In this document: in pieces, positions 42,320-57,587 of the stretch
How the letters are laid out: the number at the start of each line of letters is the position of its first letter
Numbering within the stretch: position 1 is the first letter of the stretch
Origin: Eledone cirrhosa
Lineage: Eukaryota
NCBI GenBank assembly: GCA_964016885.1
Contig: OZ024741.1
Span: forward strand, 383,222,001 to 383,286,000
Length of the DNA stretch: 64,000 nt
Reading direction: 5' to 3'
Translations under genes and position numbers: made by a program
The notes under the pieces: model-generated
Told to the model about the DNA's origin: nothing
Databases searched by the model: none
Seen by the model: only the letters and a program-made list of their open reading frames with translations

Positions 42320-42535
42320 GTTGTCGTTGTGTTTACCTCAAGGTCAGACCTGGCCCAGCTGAACTTTGATCATAGACATTCAACTGTTAACCATCTCATA
42401 CAGTTAAGCAATAGAAATTATATAGAAATAATACGTAATATGTCATGATTTTGTATGTCAGTATTGTGTGATTTGAGGAAGATTTGGTCGCTTTTGTAAC
42501 AAATCAAGTGACTGCGTAAAGGCTCCAACGTTAGC
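42320..42535. repeat. Old interspersed repeat or SINE remnant
   Basis: Resembles an octopus repeat I recall (ggtcagacctg..gatcatagacattc..gtgatttgaggaagatttgg). Not verifiable within the window. Confidence 0.35.
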
Positions 42536-44059
42536 ACTTATCGTATTTCTACCAATCTTAAATATATTTGTACTGTATATAGAAATCATGTGTATTTAAT
42601 GATCTGAATATACACAGTATCGTAGTAATAATTGTGGTTATGACAAGGATGTAGAAATGTGCTGCCGAATACTGATCTTAAAGAGTCAATCTCCTTTTGT
42701 TAGGATTTATTGGGTATTTTTCTAGCTTCTCTGGTTGCTGTTAATTGACGTAAATGCACAAATAAAAACTCCACAGCTGAAACTTATATCAATTTGATGC
42801 CTATCGATAAAAGTTTACAACGTTGAATTGTTTCTATTTTCTTTTCTAACGCTAACCGACAAATTTACCACAGCCACATTTTATTTAAGCAGGTGTAATG
42901 CAGCTATTTATATATAAATGTGTATATATGTGTGTGTGTGTATGTATATATATATATATGCGCCTGGGTGGTGTGCGTTGGATGTGTGTTTACAACACAC
43001 ACTTTACGGCATGTATGTGTGTATGTATATTTGTATGTATTGTATGTACTTATACAACTCTATATACATGTAAATACTTTTTTTCTTTCTCGACATGACA
43101 ATATGTCACGACAAAAAAATGCAGATACACAAAAATTGCACTAAATTATTCGGTTACAGCAGTTTAGCTAAATTTCGTTTACTTCTATGAATTTCATTGT
43201 AATGAAATATAAAAAGAAAGCTTTTCTTTTCTGGTTCTTCAGAAATGAGTAATGCCGACAGTTACATCTACTTCTATTGTATTGTCTACTGCTTGTTATA
43301 TGTGTGATTCCAATGCCAGCCGCTTTTCTATATCTAAACTCTGCGTTCTTCTTTTACATTTTGTTCAGAGCTTCTAAGCAAGGGTTACATTTTCCTAGCA
43401 GTAAATATAGAGCCTCGGCTTGTTGAGGTTCAACGTGTAGACGAACTAACTTAGACTTTCATACAACTACTAAAACTATAACATAAATGACAGTGCCACT
43501 TATAGGTTTTTAGAATGTGAGCTTCTTGATTACAAGCATAAATGTTTGCGGAGAGTGGCGTTAGTCGATTTACAAGATTCTACTGTTTGGCTTTATAGCT
43601 AGTGATCTTTCAGATCAACTTCGAAGATTTGAAAGGTAGCGTGCTGAAGAACGAAGTTCAGAGGGTGTACAGTGTTAAGGAGCCAATCAAACGAGAAACT
43701 TCTAGAAACAGCAGTGACTTTGACCGTAAAAAATGAGACACATTTTAGTAAACCTCTGCAGAATTGGTATTTAATTTCCCATGCGTGTCAGCAAATGGCA
43801 TTACCTATATATAGTAGTCTTGAGTAAGGTGAATATAGTAGGGAAATGCGATATAAGACAGTGATTATAAGTAAACAAATACGTTAAAGACTCACTGAAC
43901 ATTAATTCTGTCTTTATAGATTTTAAACCTGCAGCTAAACGTTCAGACATGAGATATGTTCGATTGCTCGCAGACGCCTGTGTCTCATATTTTTCATCTC
44001 AGAAGTACTATAACCTATTTTTGCTATCATTTTAATGGTTGACTATCATTATTATGACC

Positions 44060-44385
44060 AATCGGTAGAGAGTCGGACACCATGCTTTGAAGAATAGATT
44101 TACGTCCCTTTATGATCTGAGTTCAAATCCCGCCGAGGTTAACTTTGCCCTTCATCCGTACGAGGTCGATAAAATAAAGTACCAGTAATGTACTGGGTAA
44201 TTGCTGGCCTTGTGCCTAAAATAGAAACAATTATTATGACCAGCATAGTTACGTCCCTTTATGGTCTGAGTTCAAATCCCGCCGAGGTTAACTTTGCCTT
44301 TCATCCTTACGGGGTCGATAAAATAAAGTACCAGTAATACACTGGGGTAATTGCTTGCCTTATGCCAAAAGTAGAAACAATTATT
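44060..44385 (+). mobile_element. Two tandem SINE copies (second one 5'-truncated)
   Basis: Family consensus repeated at 44060-44235 and 44243-44385. Confidence 0.85.
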
Positions 44386-44404
44386 ATACTCATCTACGTC
44401 GGAA

Positions 44405-44690
44405 AGCACACTTTTCAGCGCTACTGGTAACATGTAGCCCACTAGATCCCGTGCATGGTCGGGTCGTCGGCGACTAAACCGGTAAACCCACCAAGCTTGC
44501 TTGGTGAGGAAGATGATTTTGGACACTCTGCAGAATCAAAAAACAAAACACATCAAAGGGCGGAGGAACTCAGGACAGTCAACGGCCATCCAATAAAGTT
44601 TTTGTTTTATTTTTTTTTGTGGAGCGAGAGACTCCTAGTCCTCATTAAGTCATCTCTCTAGGAGAAGGTCGCACGGATATAAAAACAGAA
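44405..44690 (+). repeat. Interspersed repeat, probably a LINE 5' UTR-derived element
   Basis: Reverse-complement match to about 56220-56545 (gggtcgtcggcgactaaaccgg..gggcggacgaactcag). Confidence 0.6.
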
Positions 44691-44923
44691 GCTTCGTTTG
44701 CGTCAAATGATGTAGACCAGTCCTTCTTTTTAGGCAAATGCATTCGATGTTCAGAGAGTGGGATAGACCTCGTACAAAGCCTTTTTTCACTTAATTTGAA
44801 TGTGTCTTTGCACATATAAACTGGCATATCTGAGGAGATGTTGAGGAACAGTGGGGTATCGGTCTTTATCATTGTACTCGAAGCTGATTGCTATTCAAAC
44901 AATTCTAATATAGCAATAAAGTT

Positions 44924-44981
<58 letters not shown>

Positions 44982-45106
44982 TGTATATATATATTTATAT
45001 ATATATATATGTTTGTACTCTATACTTTATACTATATACTATATAATGTTTATATACATACATACACGCACACACACACACACATGTATGTATATACATA
45101 CATATA

Positions 45107-45170
<64 letters not shown>

Positions 45171-46579
45171 GAGAGGAAGAGGAGCAGAGTGAGAGAAAGA
45201 TGCGTATTTACAAATATTTGCTTGATTAGCTATTTGACGTATTCTATTGTAAAATCTAATTCCAGCCTTCCACCAACCTAAGTCTTTGCTCTTTATTCAC
45301 TCTTTATCAGTTGGCTATTATACTAATCCTTCAAATAAATTATAAACTTTTTGTTTGTTTGTTTATCTTTGAACTGTTTGTGTTCTACTTTCCTTTATTT
45401 TTACTCTTTCGTAGATACTAGAAACATCATCTGTCACCCAGATGTTTAGATAATGAAACGAACAGTGACACGTTGAATAATAGCGATTTTAGGAAATTTA
45501 TTTATGTTTGCGCGAAAGGTCAGTTAATATGGCGTTCGATTAAACTCTTTTGATAGTGGTCATGCTTAAAGCAAATAAATCGCTATTAATATCTTTTATA
45601 TGTAAACTAAATATCTATGATTCGACTAACTGAGAGCTTTCTGTTTCAAATTAGCTTTTTGATTAATAGCTGAGAAAACACTGCTCTATGATTGATGACG
45701 TTTGAAATGAAGAATCCTTTAAATTTGTGTAAATGAAAAATGAAGTGAAATTTATTTGTTGACTTCTTCAACTGGCTGGCTGGTTGACTGGTTAGTTGGT
45801 TGGTGGGTTAGCTGGCAGAGGAGGATTTAATAGGGGGCAAAGGGAGCAATTTCCCCAGGCCCTCTGCAGTGGGGGCCTCACCAGAGACGGCTGTAGCAAT
45901 TTATTTGTGCCTTGAGCAGGGCTTTTTATTTGTTAGGGTCGTTAGTATTTTTGAATTTAATACCTGTATGTATATCTTTTCAATTCAAATTACGTGCGCC
46001 AAACTAACTTTAATATGTAAAATTGGGGGTTTTGTGTAACATTGGGGGGGGGGGTCCGTGTATTCTAAGTTTTTTGTGCGTATGAGGGAGTATCCCTATG
46101 AAGGTATTAAAAGATCGGTCGAAAGGAAGGTAGATTTAATTTAAATGTAATGAAAAGACGTTAATTTACTTATATATATTTTATAAGTGATGGCTTTATT
46201 TCGTCTAGACACTGTGCTTAACGATCATTTTATTTTACTATAAGTAGTGTTAGGAGCTCTGCGTTTGTATTCATGTCTTGTATTACTGAACCTAATGCGC
46301 ACTACTATGTGGCGTAGCTCGGGAAAGAGATTACTTTATTTCGTGTAGACACTGTCCCTAACAATTCTATTTACTATAACATTAGTGTGTTAAGGAATCT
46401 GTTGTGTTTTTGCTTTTCTATTATTCTTATTCGCTAGCGGCAATATCACATTGAGAAAAACTGACTCACTTGAGTATGCGTGTGTTGCTCTTTGTGTGTG
46501 TGTATGTTTTTTTTATTATTTTTATAGAGGTCAATGATGGGTAAAAGATTCAAATAAGTACTTGCATCGATCTTTTCTA

Positions 46580-46935
46580 TAATAATGGTTTCTGATTTAA
46601 CCACAATGCCAGAAATGATGGTGGAGGGAAACTTTGATTAAATCGACCCCAGTGCATGACTTGTACTTTATTTTATCGACCCCGTAATGGTGAAAGGCAA
46701 AGCTAACGTCGGCGAGATTTGAATTCAGAACGTAAAGGGACATAATTCTAATAAATGTTTCTACTTTTGACACAATGCCATCAATTACCCAAGTACATTA
46801 CCGGTGCATTATTTTATCGATTCCGTAAGGATGAAAGGCAAAGTTAACCTCTGCGGGATTTAAATTCAGAACGCAAAGGGTTATAACTCTATGTGGCAAA
46901 GCATGGTGTCTGACGCTCTACCGATACGGCCAATG
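46580..46935 (-). mobile_element. Two tandem SINE copies
   Basis: Family consensus present twice. Confidence 0.8.
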
Positions 46936-48071
46936 CACCAAATGAAAGCTCCCTACGTACGATTTAGTGTGGGTGGTTTCTTTATTTTGGGGGATCAAAA
47001 ATTATATTCGCCAATCAGCTATTTTCACTTCATTTAGTGTTTGGTTACATGTTTTTGCTTGTTTGTTAACTATCATAAACAGATGTTTCAGATTGAACAT
47101 CAACCTTAACTACAAGCGTTTGATAGAACATATCACATATATTCCTATTCCTAAAACAAAAACTGACATGAGCTATTTGATTGCGTGTTGTAGTGTCTGG
47201 GATAATGCTTTGATATGGCCTCCAACGATTGTTTATCTGGTTTTTTTCCTACTTTGATCAATCTCCTTCGTTGTCTTTCATTTGCTGTCAATCCATTGAC
47301 TTCTATTATATTTTTACCTAATTCGTGATACTTTATTTTATTTTTATGTCGAACTATTTTTGATCAAACAATTAATTTTTGTTTTTCTATATCGACGGAT
47401 TCTTTCCGATTTAGGATCTCTTGTCTCAGGTGTTCTTTGATTTCCAGTACATCGTTTTTGTTATGCATATTTCTGTAACAATTCTTTTTTTATTTTAATT
47501 GCATGTTTTCGTTATCGATTTCCTTAATGATTGAATGATAAACACTTTCACTTTGTAGATTTTTCCGGAATGTTTGTATTTTGTGTTATTTGGTTTCGAT
47601 ATTCCTATATCAGTAAATCTAAGGAAATAGCCCGACTACATCGCTGCTACTGTAACCTCTGCATATATTATTTAGTTTAACATTGCAATATTGATAAAGG
47701 TACTTATTTCCATTAAATTTGTAATGGTTTTCCTTTTTATTTTAACATTCAGTTTTAAATTAGGAGTTTCATTCGTTAGTACATAGAAGGATCTATTGTT
47801 ATTAACATTTTAACTTCAGTAAGTTGTCATATTCACTTTGTTACTATTAAACGGCCTATTTTTTATATTTTCTCCAAACTCTTTTTTTTTTAAATTCATT
47901 TTCTATGGTTTTGTAAGTCATCACTTATATCTTATTGTGTAAATTTAATGTCTTGAATTTAAATTTGTCTTGCATATCTCAATGTTTTTTCTTTAAATAT
48001 ATAATACATATATTACACACACATACACAAGCACACACATATTTGTATATATATATAAATATATATATATT

Positions 48072-48935
48072 TAAATGTAATCTGAGTGTTTTTAATATTA
48101 ATAATAATATTTGATTCGTTTGCAATTATGCAAACAGCCTCTTTTATAAGCCATGTCAGTAGAATAAGCCCCTCATTCTCGCTCCTGTGATGGAATGTAA
48201 AGAGAACTGCAAACACTAAAGTGTATGTGTAATTACTCTTCATCAGTGCAGTTTACTGCTTACCTGCCAACTGTCAGAGCTAGTGAAATTATATGATATT
48301 TTTTAAAATATGCAGTGACTGATCGGCCTGATTTGCATATTAGAAGCCTAGCCGATCAGTCAGATCTGCATATTAGTAGCCTCACTGATCAGCCAGATAT
48401 AAATATAAGCAGATAAGCCAGTCAGTTTCATCTATAAGAGCGATTAATGGCCGACTTAGCCATATTCAAATAACTAACAACATGGCTGAATAAAATAAAT
48501 GTAATCTGAGTTTTTCGAATATTAATAATAATATTGGATTCGTTTGCAATTATGCAAACACCCTCTTTTATAAGCCATGTCAGTAGAATGCACCCCTCGT
48601 CCTCGTTCTTGTGTTGGCATGCAAACAGAACTGCAGACACTAATATGCACATCAGGCCGATTATTCACTGTATATTTTAGAAAGTATCATATATTTCACA
48701 AGCTCTGACAGTTGGCAGGTAAGCAGTAAACTGCACTGATGAAGGGTAATCACCCAGAAACATTAATGTCTGCAGTTCTCTTTGCATGCCATCACAATAA
48801 GGAGAATGAGTGGCTCATGCTACTGACATGGCTAAAAAAGAGGCTGTTTGCATAATTGAAACGAATCGAATATTATTAATAATATTCGAAAAACTCAGAT
48901 TACATTTATTGTATTCGGCCATGTAGAACGATAAA
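48072..48935. mobile_element. Three rearranged copies of one pLTR family (-, -, +)
   Basis: 48072-48400 (-), 48478-48650 (-), 48650-48935 (+). Homologous to 11290-11610. Confidence 0.8.
48729..48777 (+). ncRNA. Type I hammerhead ribozyme, intact
   Basis: aactgca-CTGATGA-a-gggt-aatc-accc-a-GAAA-cattaatg-TC-tgcagtt. Confidence 0.9.
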
Positions 48936-48941
48936 TAGTTG

Positions 48942-49495
<554 letters not shown>

Positions 49496-49497
49496 CA

Positions 49498-49528
<31 letters not shown>

Positions 49529-49587
49529 TTCGTTTCTGAATTTATTTAGCAAGATTCTTTATCTGAAAACATGTGTTGAAACCGGTA

Positions 49588-49942
<355 letters not shown>

Positions 49943-51996
49943 GTGAGAAGGAGAGAGAGAGAAATATATATAGAAATATAGATAGATAGGTAGATAGTTG
50001 GAATGATAGGTAGATAGATGTGATATGGTGACGCAACAGATTCATTTGAGCCCCGCAATAATTAGTAGCAGAATTCCCTGTCTATAATCTATTGCATACA
50101 ACAGCTGCAAGCAGCATTACTACAGAAAAGGTCGGTATAATAATAGCGGATTTTATTCTCACAGGTTCACCGTTTATACACACACACACACAGACACATA
50201 GACACACACACACACACACACATATACATACATGTGTATGTATATGTATATATAATAAAATAAAACTAGATATCACAATTATTTACAATCTTTAATGAAA
50301 AGAAATCTGAGTTTCCTAACAAAGAAAGTGATTTAGGTGAGGAAAGACGGTGCCAATTTTTATCAATCGTGGAAGAAATGAAACTGAGATTAATTGTATA
50401 GAAACGACGATTAATCTATTGAACTGTAAATTGATGACAGCAAATTGTAAAATTTAAAATTAATGACATATCTGTGTATCGTTAAGATATTTGATAATAA
50501 ACCAATCTGTAGATTTGGTTGAAAGCATCTAAATAAAGTGTTTCTACTATTACTAAAGACATGACGGCAATTTTATTTTGTTTCCATCCGAAAAATGTTT
50601 TCAAAAGTAGGAACGATTATTTTATTCATACGTAATTTCCTCTATTTAGATTTATGACATTTGTTTAGGCTTTATAAGGTATAAGTATCTTGAAAAACAA
50701 TGCCCAGAAATGTCGATACATTTTATTGATATTGATCCATCGTAAAGTATACAATCATCACTTTCAAATTTTCGAATATATTGAATTTTTTTTTTTTAAT
50801 TTTTATTTTTCAAATATCCATGGCCAATCATCCATACATGGTTGGAACCACACTAGTGATATATGCATGCATAAAATAATTGTTTCTACTTTCGGCACAA
50901 GGTTTCGATTTCCTGTCTTGGCAACACACTGTGTTTTTGAGCAAGACGCTTCATTTCACATTACTTTTCATGATAGAACTTAGATACCTGCCATTAAAAA
51001 AGAATTAACCTCCTATCAAATGCAACCTTTTAGTAACCCAGTTGCTTGAATGTGTTCTAATTTTAATTCAAACGTAAAATCCACATTCTGCAATAAGAAA
51101 TCAACACCTTTTTTTTTTGGTTCAATTCAGCACATATATAACTTTCAAGTAAAAGTACCATATGTTACTAAAATAATGTGGTACAAGATATAGATAACTC
51201 ATAAAGAGTAACTATGTCGAACAATTAGATTATTTGGAATGTTAAATTAGCAGAGAATATTGATTTCTCTAATAAGAATGACTAAGGTCATTATAAATTA
51301 AAATGAAGATTTCAAGATAGTAACAACAATTTAGAAAAAACAGATTCCAAGGTTATGTTACTTGTATGTAATGCACAACCGAATAGGTGCACGTACAAAT
51401 ATATGGTGACTATTGTGGTGGAATTAGTATGGAAATTATCTGATTAGTTGATGGTGTTTACTCCTACTTTGCGGAATTGATTCAAAATACGAATGTAATA
51501 GTAAATTGAAACAAAGCCTTGTGTCTCCAAAGAATTGTGGCTTTACAATGAAATTCATCAGGAGACTGGACATTACGCATATGATAGCTCATGTTTCCAT
51601 GTTTCTCTTAATTATACGAGTGGAAAATGTCAGCTGCACTTTCTGACTCATTTATAAAACATAATGCCAATTACATTAGAATGATGATTGGTTTAAGTTT
51701 GACATTCAGTACCATATTATCCAATAAAGCTTTTAATTTTCTGCTTATAGGATTGGTGTTTTCTAAAAGCTTTATATTTGCATCTGTTGTCCTGACTAAT
51801 AAACGAATAAACTTTAATACGAAATTAATATACACTATTAGTTTTAATATACGTTTTTCTCTCTCCCTCCCTCTTTCTCCTTCTCTGCCAACAGCTTAAA
51901 TTATGACATAAATGAAATATTTACACGCTCATACATAAAAACATATATACAAACATGCATACATCCATACATACATACATACATATATACATACAT

Positions 51997-54725
51997 AGAA
52001 AGTCAGCGCAAGCAGTCGCACATTTTGCCGTGGGAGACTATTCCTTATATTCAAGATGAATACTATCTCCTACAATAATACCACAACTACCAGTCGTGTT
52101 GAATAACTGTATATCCAGTGAAGACACCTTTTATTCGAATTCGTAGAGATATCTGACTAAATACATAATACATTTTACAAGTATTTACAACAAACAGCAT
52201 GGGGGACACGACATCAACAATAACAATTTACCAAACACAAGGAAGAAAACAATTTGCCGCAGAAAACAAATGAGAACATCAATGAGAAAAGTAAACAAAA
52301 TTTATTCAGTTGCAGCTACAGACGAAACCGAAATTATAAGCCGCATTTCTCTTGGAGTTGCAAACTTAATGATGTTTTATTTAATTGTTATAAAATGGCG
52401 AAAAGAAATCCCTTCGTTGGCTATATGAACGGAATTAAGCTACACTGGGACGAAATACATCCAAACTTAAATCATTTCACAGCCAAACAATTACGCCAAC
52501 AAGCGATATAAAACTCAGATAAATATTATTAAATATTATTAATTGTAACTCCCCCAGAACAAACATGGAATAAACAGCACGTGCTACCGGTCGCCATGCA
52601 AGTACACATCCAAGCAGCCAGACCTTGAAACAATTATGCTCGTAATTAATTTGGCGACCACGTGTACCATCTGAGTCTACCCCGATCGTTGTGTAAAACA
52701 GTATCGTTAATAATAATTAAAGGTATAAACAATTCAAATTTTCCCTCAACGAAATCTTCCACAGAGAAATTAATTCATGTATAAATATTTATCTTGCTGA
52801 ACGTAATAAAACAACAATACTAAATAAAATAAAACCAAATAATGAAATCCTAAAGTTAAAACAGAGAAGGGGGACTCTATTTTCACTGATAAAATAGAAT
52901 ATCACAGAATATACAAGAATATACAAGAATATACAAAAATATACAAGAAGACATTCTCTCTGTGCTACTATGTATTCTGTCATTAAACCCCTTGTCCTTT
53001 TTGCTCAAGAAATATGAAGGATACATCATTGGCTCAAAGGAGGACATAAATACGAACATAACCCATCATTTTTTTGGGAATGACCTGAAACTCTATACCA
53101 AGAACATAAATGGGATGTAGAAAAATCTTGACATGGTTTTAACATTCTCAATGGATATAGGAGTGGAGTCTGGCCAAGATAAATGTCCATATATGACTGT
53201 AAGGCGGGAAAAAACTACAACCTAATCTAGCGACATTTTTATCAATGACCTAACTGTTTCACCGATATCTGACGAGGACTGCTACAGATACCTGGGGATA
53301 GATGAGAATATATCCTATAATGGTATTTGTAATAAGGAACGCGTAACCAGGGAATATTACACCAGATTAAGAAAAATATGGTCATCGGAACTCTCTGCGC
53401 ACAATAAAACAGTGGCTCACAATGTGTTTGCTATGCCTGTCCTAACACCAACGCCTGAAATACTCGTTTGGACGATAGACGAAATCCGAGCACTTGATGT
53501 TAAAATTCGAAAAATTCTAAACAACGCCGGAAACTTCCACATCAACAGTGACATAGACCGCTTCTACGTGAAACGTAAACAGGCAGAGGACTAACATCAG
53601 TCCAGGAAGCATTTGAGTGTCACATCATATCCCTCAGATAACATTTACGAACCTGGGAGCGTAGGAGACCATCTATTGAGCAAGTCTATCTGCATGAGTC
53701 CGATGACATCCTGAGAGTTGGGAAAGATACTCCCTACATGATAATCAAAAGCTCACACCCAGGGAAATTGTCATCTTGGACCAACAACCACTATATTGGT
53801 TCCCACTTTGAAGGATATGCTTTTGCAATCCAAGAACAGGAAATCAACACAAAATACCTGATTCACAAAAGAGATAGGGATGCAAGCAAAACACATAGAT
53901 GAGACGACAAGTACAGACTCTGCAGAATTAACATCGAATATGTCAACCATGTCATAAGCAGCTGTCCAAAGATGTCATCACGGTACTATCTACCTATGAG
54001 GCATGATCTAGTGACCAAAACACTGTACAATGCAATCCGTAGAAAAGATAGCCCGACATTAAACACATTAAAAGCTATAGCAATGTGGAAGACATAATAT
54101 GAAAGTGTATTGGTGGAATGTTCCGGTAAAAGACCCTATAAAATACAGGCATAACAGACCAGGTATAATTATGTGGGACAGGGAAAAAAATGCATGCATA
54201 ATAGTGGAGGTTAGCTACCCAGCAGATGTCAATATAATATTAAACATTAGCGAAAAGGAGAATATGTATACAGAACAAATGAGAAATCTGCAGATACTCC
54301 ACCCTTACTATACATTCAGATTTATACGTACAATTATTGGGACACTGGGACATGTTAGTAACTAACTCGGTACAAATCTTGAGAAGCTGGGCTTCACAGA
54401 AATAGAAAGAACACGACTAGTTAGGAAATTACAAGTACAACCATTAATGAAACAGTAAACATGTGTAAAACATTCCAAAAATTCTGCATCTAATAACTGC
54501 ATGTACACATGCACAGATACAAAACATATGCACATGCACACATATAACTCAAAACATTCACATCCGCGCACACAATAACATCCATACCTGCACATGCAGG
54601 AATGCATATATAATCTACCTAGTTGATGTTGTGTAAATTCCAATGAGAGTCTTGTATCTATGTTAGAAACCGACTCTCTCTCACTATTGGTAAAAGTTTA
54701 TGAAATTATAAAACCAGATGAACTT
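51997..54725 (+). mobile_element. R4/Dong-type (restriction-like endonuclease) LINE, internally deleted and decayed
   Basis: THHFFGNDLKLY (decayed F.DDLKLY), DIGVESGQDKC, YRYLG, AIQEQEINTK, RLC..HVISSCP, RHD, HNRPGIIMWD..IVEVSYP. Flanked by (CATA)n-like repeats. Confidence 0.8.
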
Positions 54726-55160
54726 ACATATATTCATACATGATAGCATTTCGCTGTATTTCGTGTTAGTTCGCTTAGGACACATGAAACCCATGGGGAC
54801 CCCAGGAGGTCACCAGTATGTGTCACACTTTCTTTTATATTGTAAATGAAATCACATGAGAATGACATATGAAGAAAAAATATACGTTTGTAAGATTCTT
54901 TCTATGAAATTGAGACTGAACTGCATACAATCTACTTTTTTGAGTAATTAAAAACAATTCTTATCACATAACACGATATGATGGCCAATCCAAAATCTTA
55001 GATATTGTTCTCCTAGTCCTTCTCAATTGTATCTCTTAGTCCTTCTCAACAAATGGGACCACCCTACAGCAAAGATTTATATTCAGTGTCATTCTCTGAT
55101 ATATATCAACTCTCTCCGGCTTACTTCTCTTCCTGAAAGAATTAAGAGTCCTTCACTGTC

Positions 55161-55765
55161 TTTTAAAATGGTAGTTCTGGCAACAACTGAAAGATCATCA
55201 CTCCCCTTTTAGACAGATGTTCTAACAAAAACTATAAGATCATCAATACCTTTTTAGACAGATGCTCTCACAAGAACTAAATATCTCTCGTTGTTTTTAA
55301 ATAGATGAACTGGTAATAAATAAGGGCTCATCATCCCCTTCAGTTAAGTTCTCTGATAAGAATCTAGGTGCATACACCTTCCTTTTATATAAATCCTCTG
55401 GCAATAATAACGAGCTTTCAAGACAGATGTTCTAGTTAGACGCAGGACCCCAGCATTCCCCCATTAAACAAATGTTCGGAGAAGAAGTAGAAGCCGATCA
55501 CTTCTTTTAAGATAGATCTTTTGACAAGAACTAAGGTTCCATCCCTTCCTTTTCATTTAAAAAAATCGTTTAAATGTCCGTCACTCAATTTTTCAGTAGA
55601 TATTGTCTCAACATCCAGAAATATATTATCTACTTCCTACATCGATGTTCTGGCAAGAACTAAGGATAGATAACTCCCTCTTTATTTAGATGTTCTGAAC
55701 GAATTAAAAGTCTATCATTCTCTTTTTAAATAGATGTTCTGGTAAAAGCTATGAGTCAATCATTC
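55161..55765. repeat. Diverged ~44-bp minisatellite, about 13 units
   Basis: Recurrent tttta(g/a)a(c/t)agatgttctggcaagaactaaggatcatcactccc-like units. Confidence 0.75.
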
Positions 55766-56219
55766 GTTAAATGATCTTAAATTGCACATCTCTATGATCT
55801 CCAATAATACAAACTCCTATTGTTCTATTGTTAGTTGACCCTATATTAACTGTATTTGTCTATTTGTCGTATTCTTTCGTCCTGCTCGGCTTCTAGCAGC
55901 CCCAACTCACGTTGAAATCCTAGAGGAATTTAACCTAGTTTAGATTTAATTACCGAGAATCACTGTTGTTGGAGCGTCCAAATTCAGCTGATATATACAT
56001 ACATGCATACATAATGGCTGCAAACTCTGTTAAGAGTACTGCAATCGTTTGTCAGATTACAGAATTTGGTTCAGTTTTAGGCTACCGCCAGCCACACAAA
56101 TCTGTAATATATCCTGAACAAGCAATGCCTGTGCTTTGAAGGTTTTTTAAGTGAGGAAAGGCATTTCACTCGATCAATCCCACTCTCTGAGCATCGAAAA
56201 GACTACCCGACAAGGCGAA

Positions 56220-56545
56220 CTAGTCAACATCTTCGGATGGTTCCGAAGCCGCAAGTTTTTTTCAGCGTTTTCCTCTCCTTGAAAGGTGTTGTGATAACAC
56301 TGGGGGGCCTTTCCCTCCCAGGCGGAAAAAACCCAAAACAACAGAAAAAACAAGCACTATTATTCAGATGGTCGTTTACTCTGCTGAGTTCGTCCGCCCT
56401 AGGCTGGGTCTTGTTTTTCATCCCGCAGGGTGTCCAAATATCACCTTCCTCACCAAGCTAGCTCGGTGGGGTTGCCGGTTTAGTCGCCGACGACCCGATC
56501 ATGAAACAGGTTGCATTGGGTTACATTATACCAGTAGCACTCGAG
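56220..56545 (-). repeat. Second copy of the 44405-44690 repeat
   Basis: Reverse-complement similarity. Confidence 0.6.
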
Positions 56546-57399
56546 AGTGATCTGGCATGCATACATACATACATATATACACACATATATACATATATAC
56601 GCCGACGCCCGCTCAAGCACCATCACAAACACACATGTATCCATCTATCTAATCTCTCTCTATATGTGTGTGTGTGTGTGCGTGTGAGTGTGTGTTTGGT
56701 GGGCATGGGCACAGTTTCACACTACCAAATCTCTTTCACAGTATATTAGTCACTCCTAGAATATAATAGAGTGCATTTGCCTACATTACCATGCAGTTGT
56801 ATTGAACAGCAGTCCAGATATTGTGAATAAAGTTTCTTAATCAAATAGAGATGATGAACCCGTAATGCGGGTCGTCGGAGAATAGAGATCAGCAAAGAAT
56901 ATTGAAATACAACGAAGTCACAATCGTTATTTCTGCGTTATATTTCACCAGTTATCGTTTATGAGGAGTGATGTTTATTATTTAAGGTATTCTATAATAG
57001 AAGGTACCATTGTACTAGCACCAACAGCACAAAAATCAAGAGCTGTTAATAGAGTAATAAGGAACTCCTCATTCAACTCCTCATTCACCCCAACTATGAG
57101 TTAAATAGCCTCAGCAACATGCAATTGACCAAGCGTAGTGACTATGGTTACACCCCTGACATGACCAAAACCAAACAGCAAACATTGGAGTTCAACCAGG
57201 GAGGGGTTCCTCCAACAGGAGGGAGAAGGCCTTGGATTGCATTGGATTGGATTGGATTGGATTAGCATTCTACTAACGAGGAAACTTTCAGAATTGTTAT
57301 TGTAAAATGTTAATCCTATAAGTGTTATGGAAAAGAGAAAGAAAAAAATCTCCATATAAAGATAAATAAATGTATCAACAATATGCTTAAGTAATTAAT

Positions 57400-57587
57400 T
57401 GTTTCTACTGTTGGCACAAGGCCAGCAATTATCCAGTGTATTACTGGTACTTTATTTTATCGACCGCGTAAGGATGAAAGGCAAAGTTAACCTCGACGGG
57501 ATTTGAACTCAGAATGGCATGGGATTTAACTCTAAGCGTCAAAGCATGGCGTCCGACCTTCTACCGATACTGCCAATCCACCGCCCT
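57400..57587 (-). mobile_element. Full-length SINE with a 16-bp TSD
   Basis: tgcttaagtaattaat at 57384-57399 and 57588-57603. Confidence 0.9.

Noticed and set aside
43614-43736. Possible terminal exon (INFEDLKGSVLKNEVQRV...)
   Set aside because: Only a weak acceptor and 40 codons, with no homology recognised
45814-45880. GC-rich end resembling a hAT-type MITE terminus
   Set aside because: No matching second terminus or TSD found
55161-55765. CRISPR-like repeat/spacer appearance
   Set aside because: Repeats are far from identical, the variable parts are related to each other, there are no cas genes and the context is eukaryotic
57100-57262. Possible LINE 3' end with a (GGATT)n tail
   Set aside because: No coding remnant or second copy to support a family assignment
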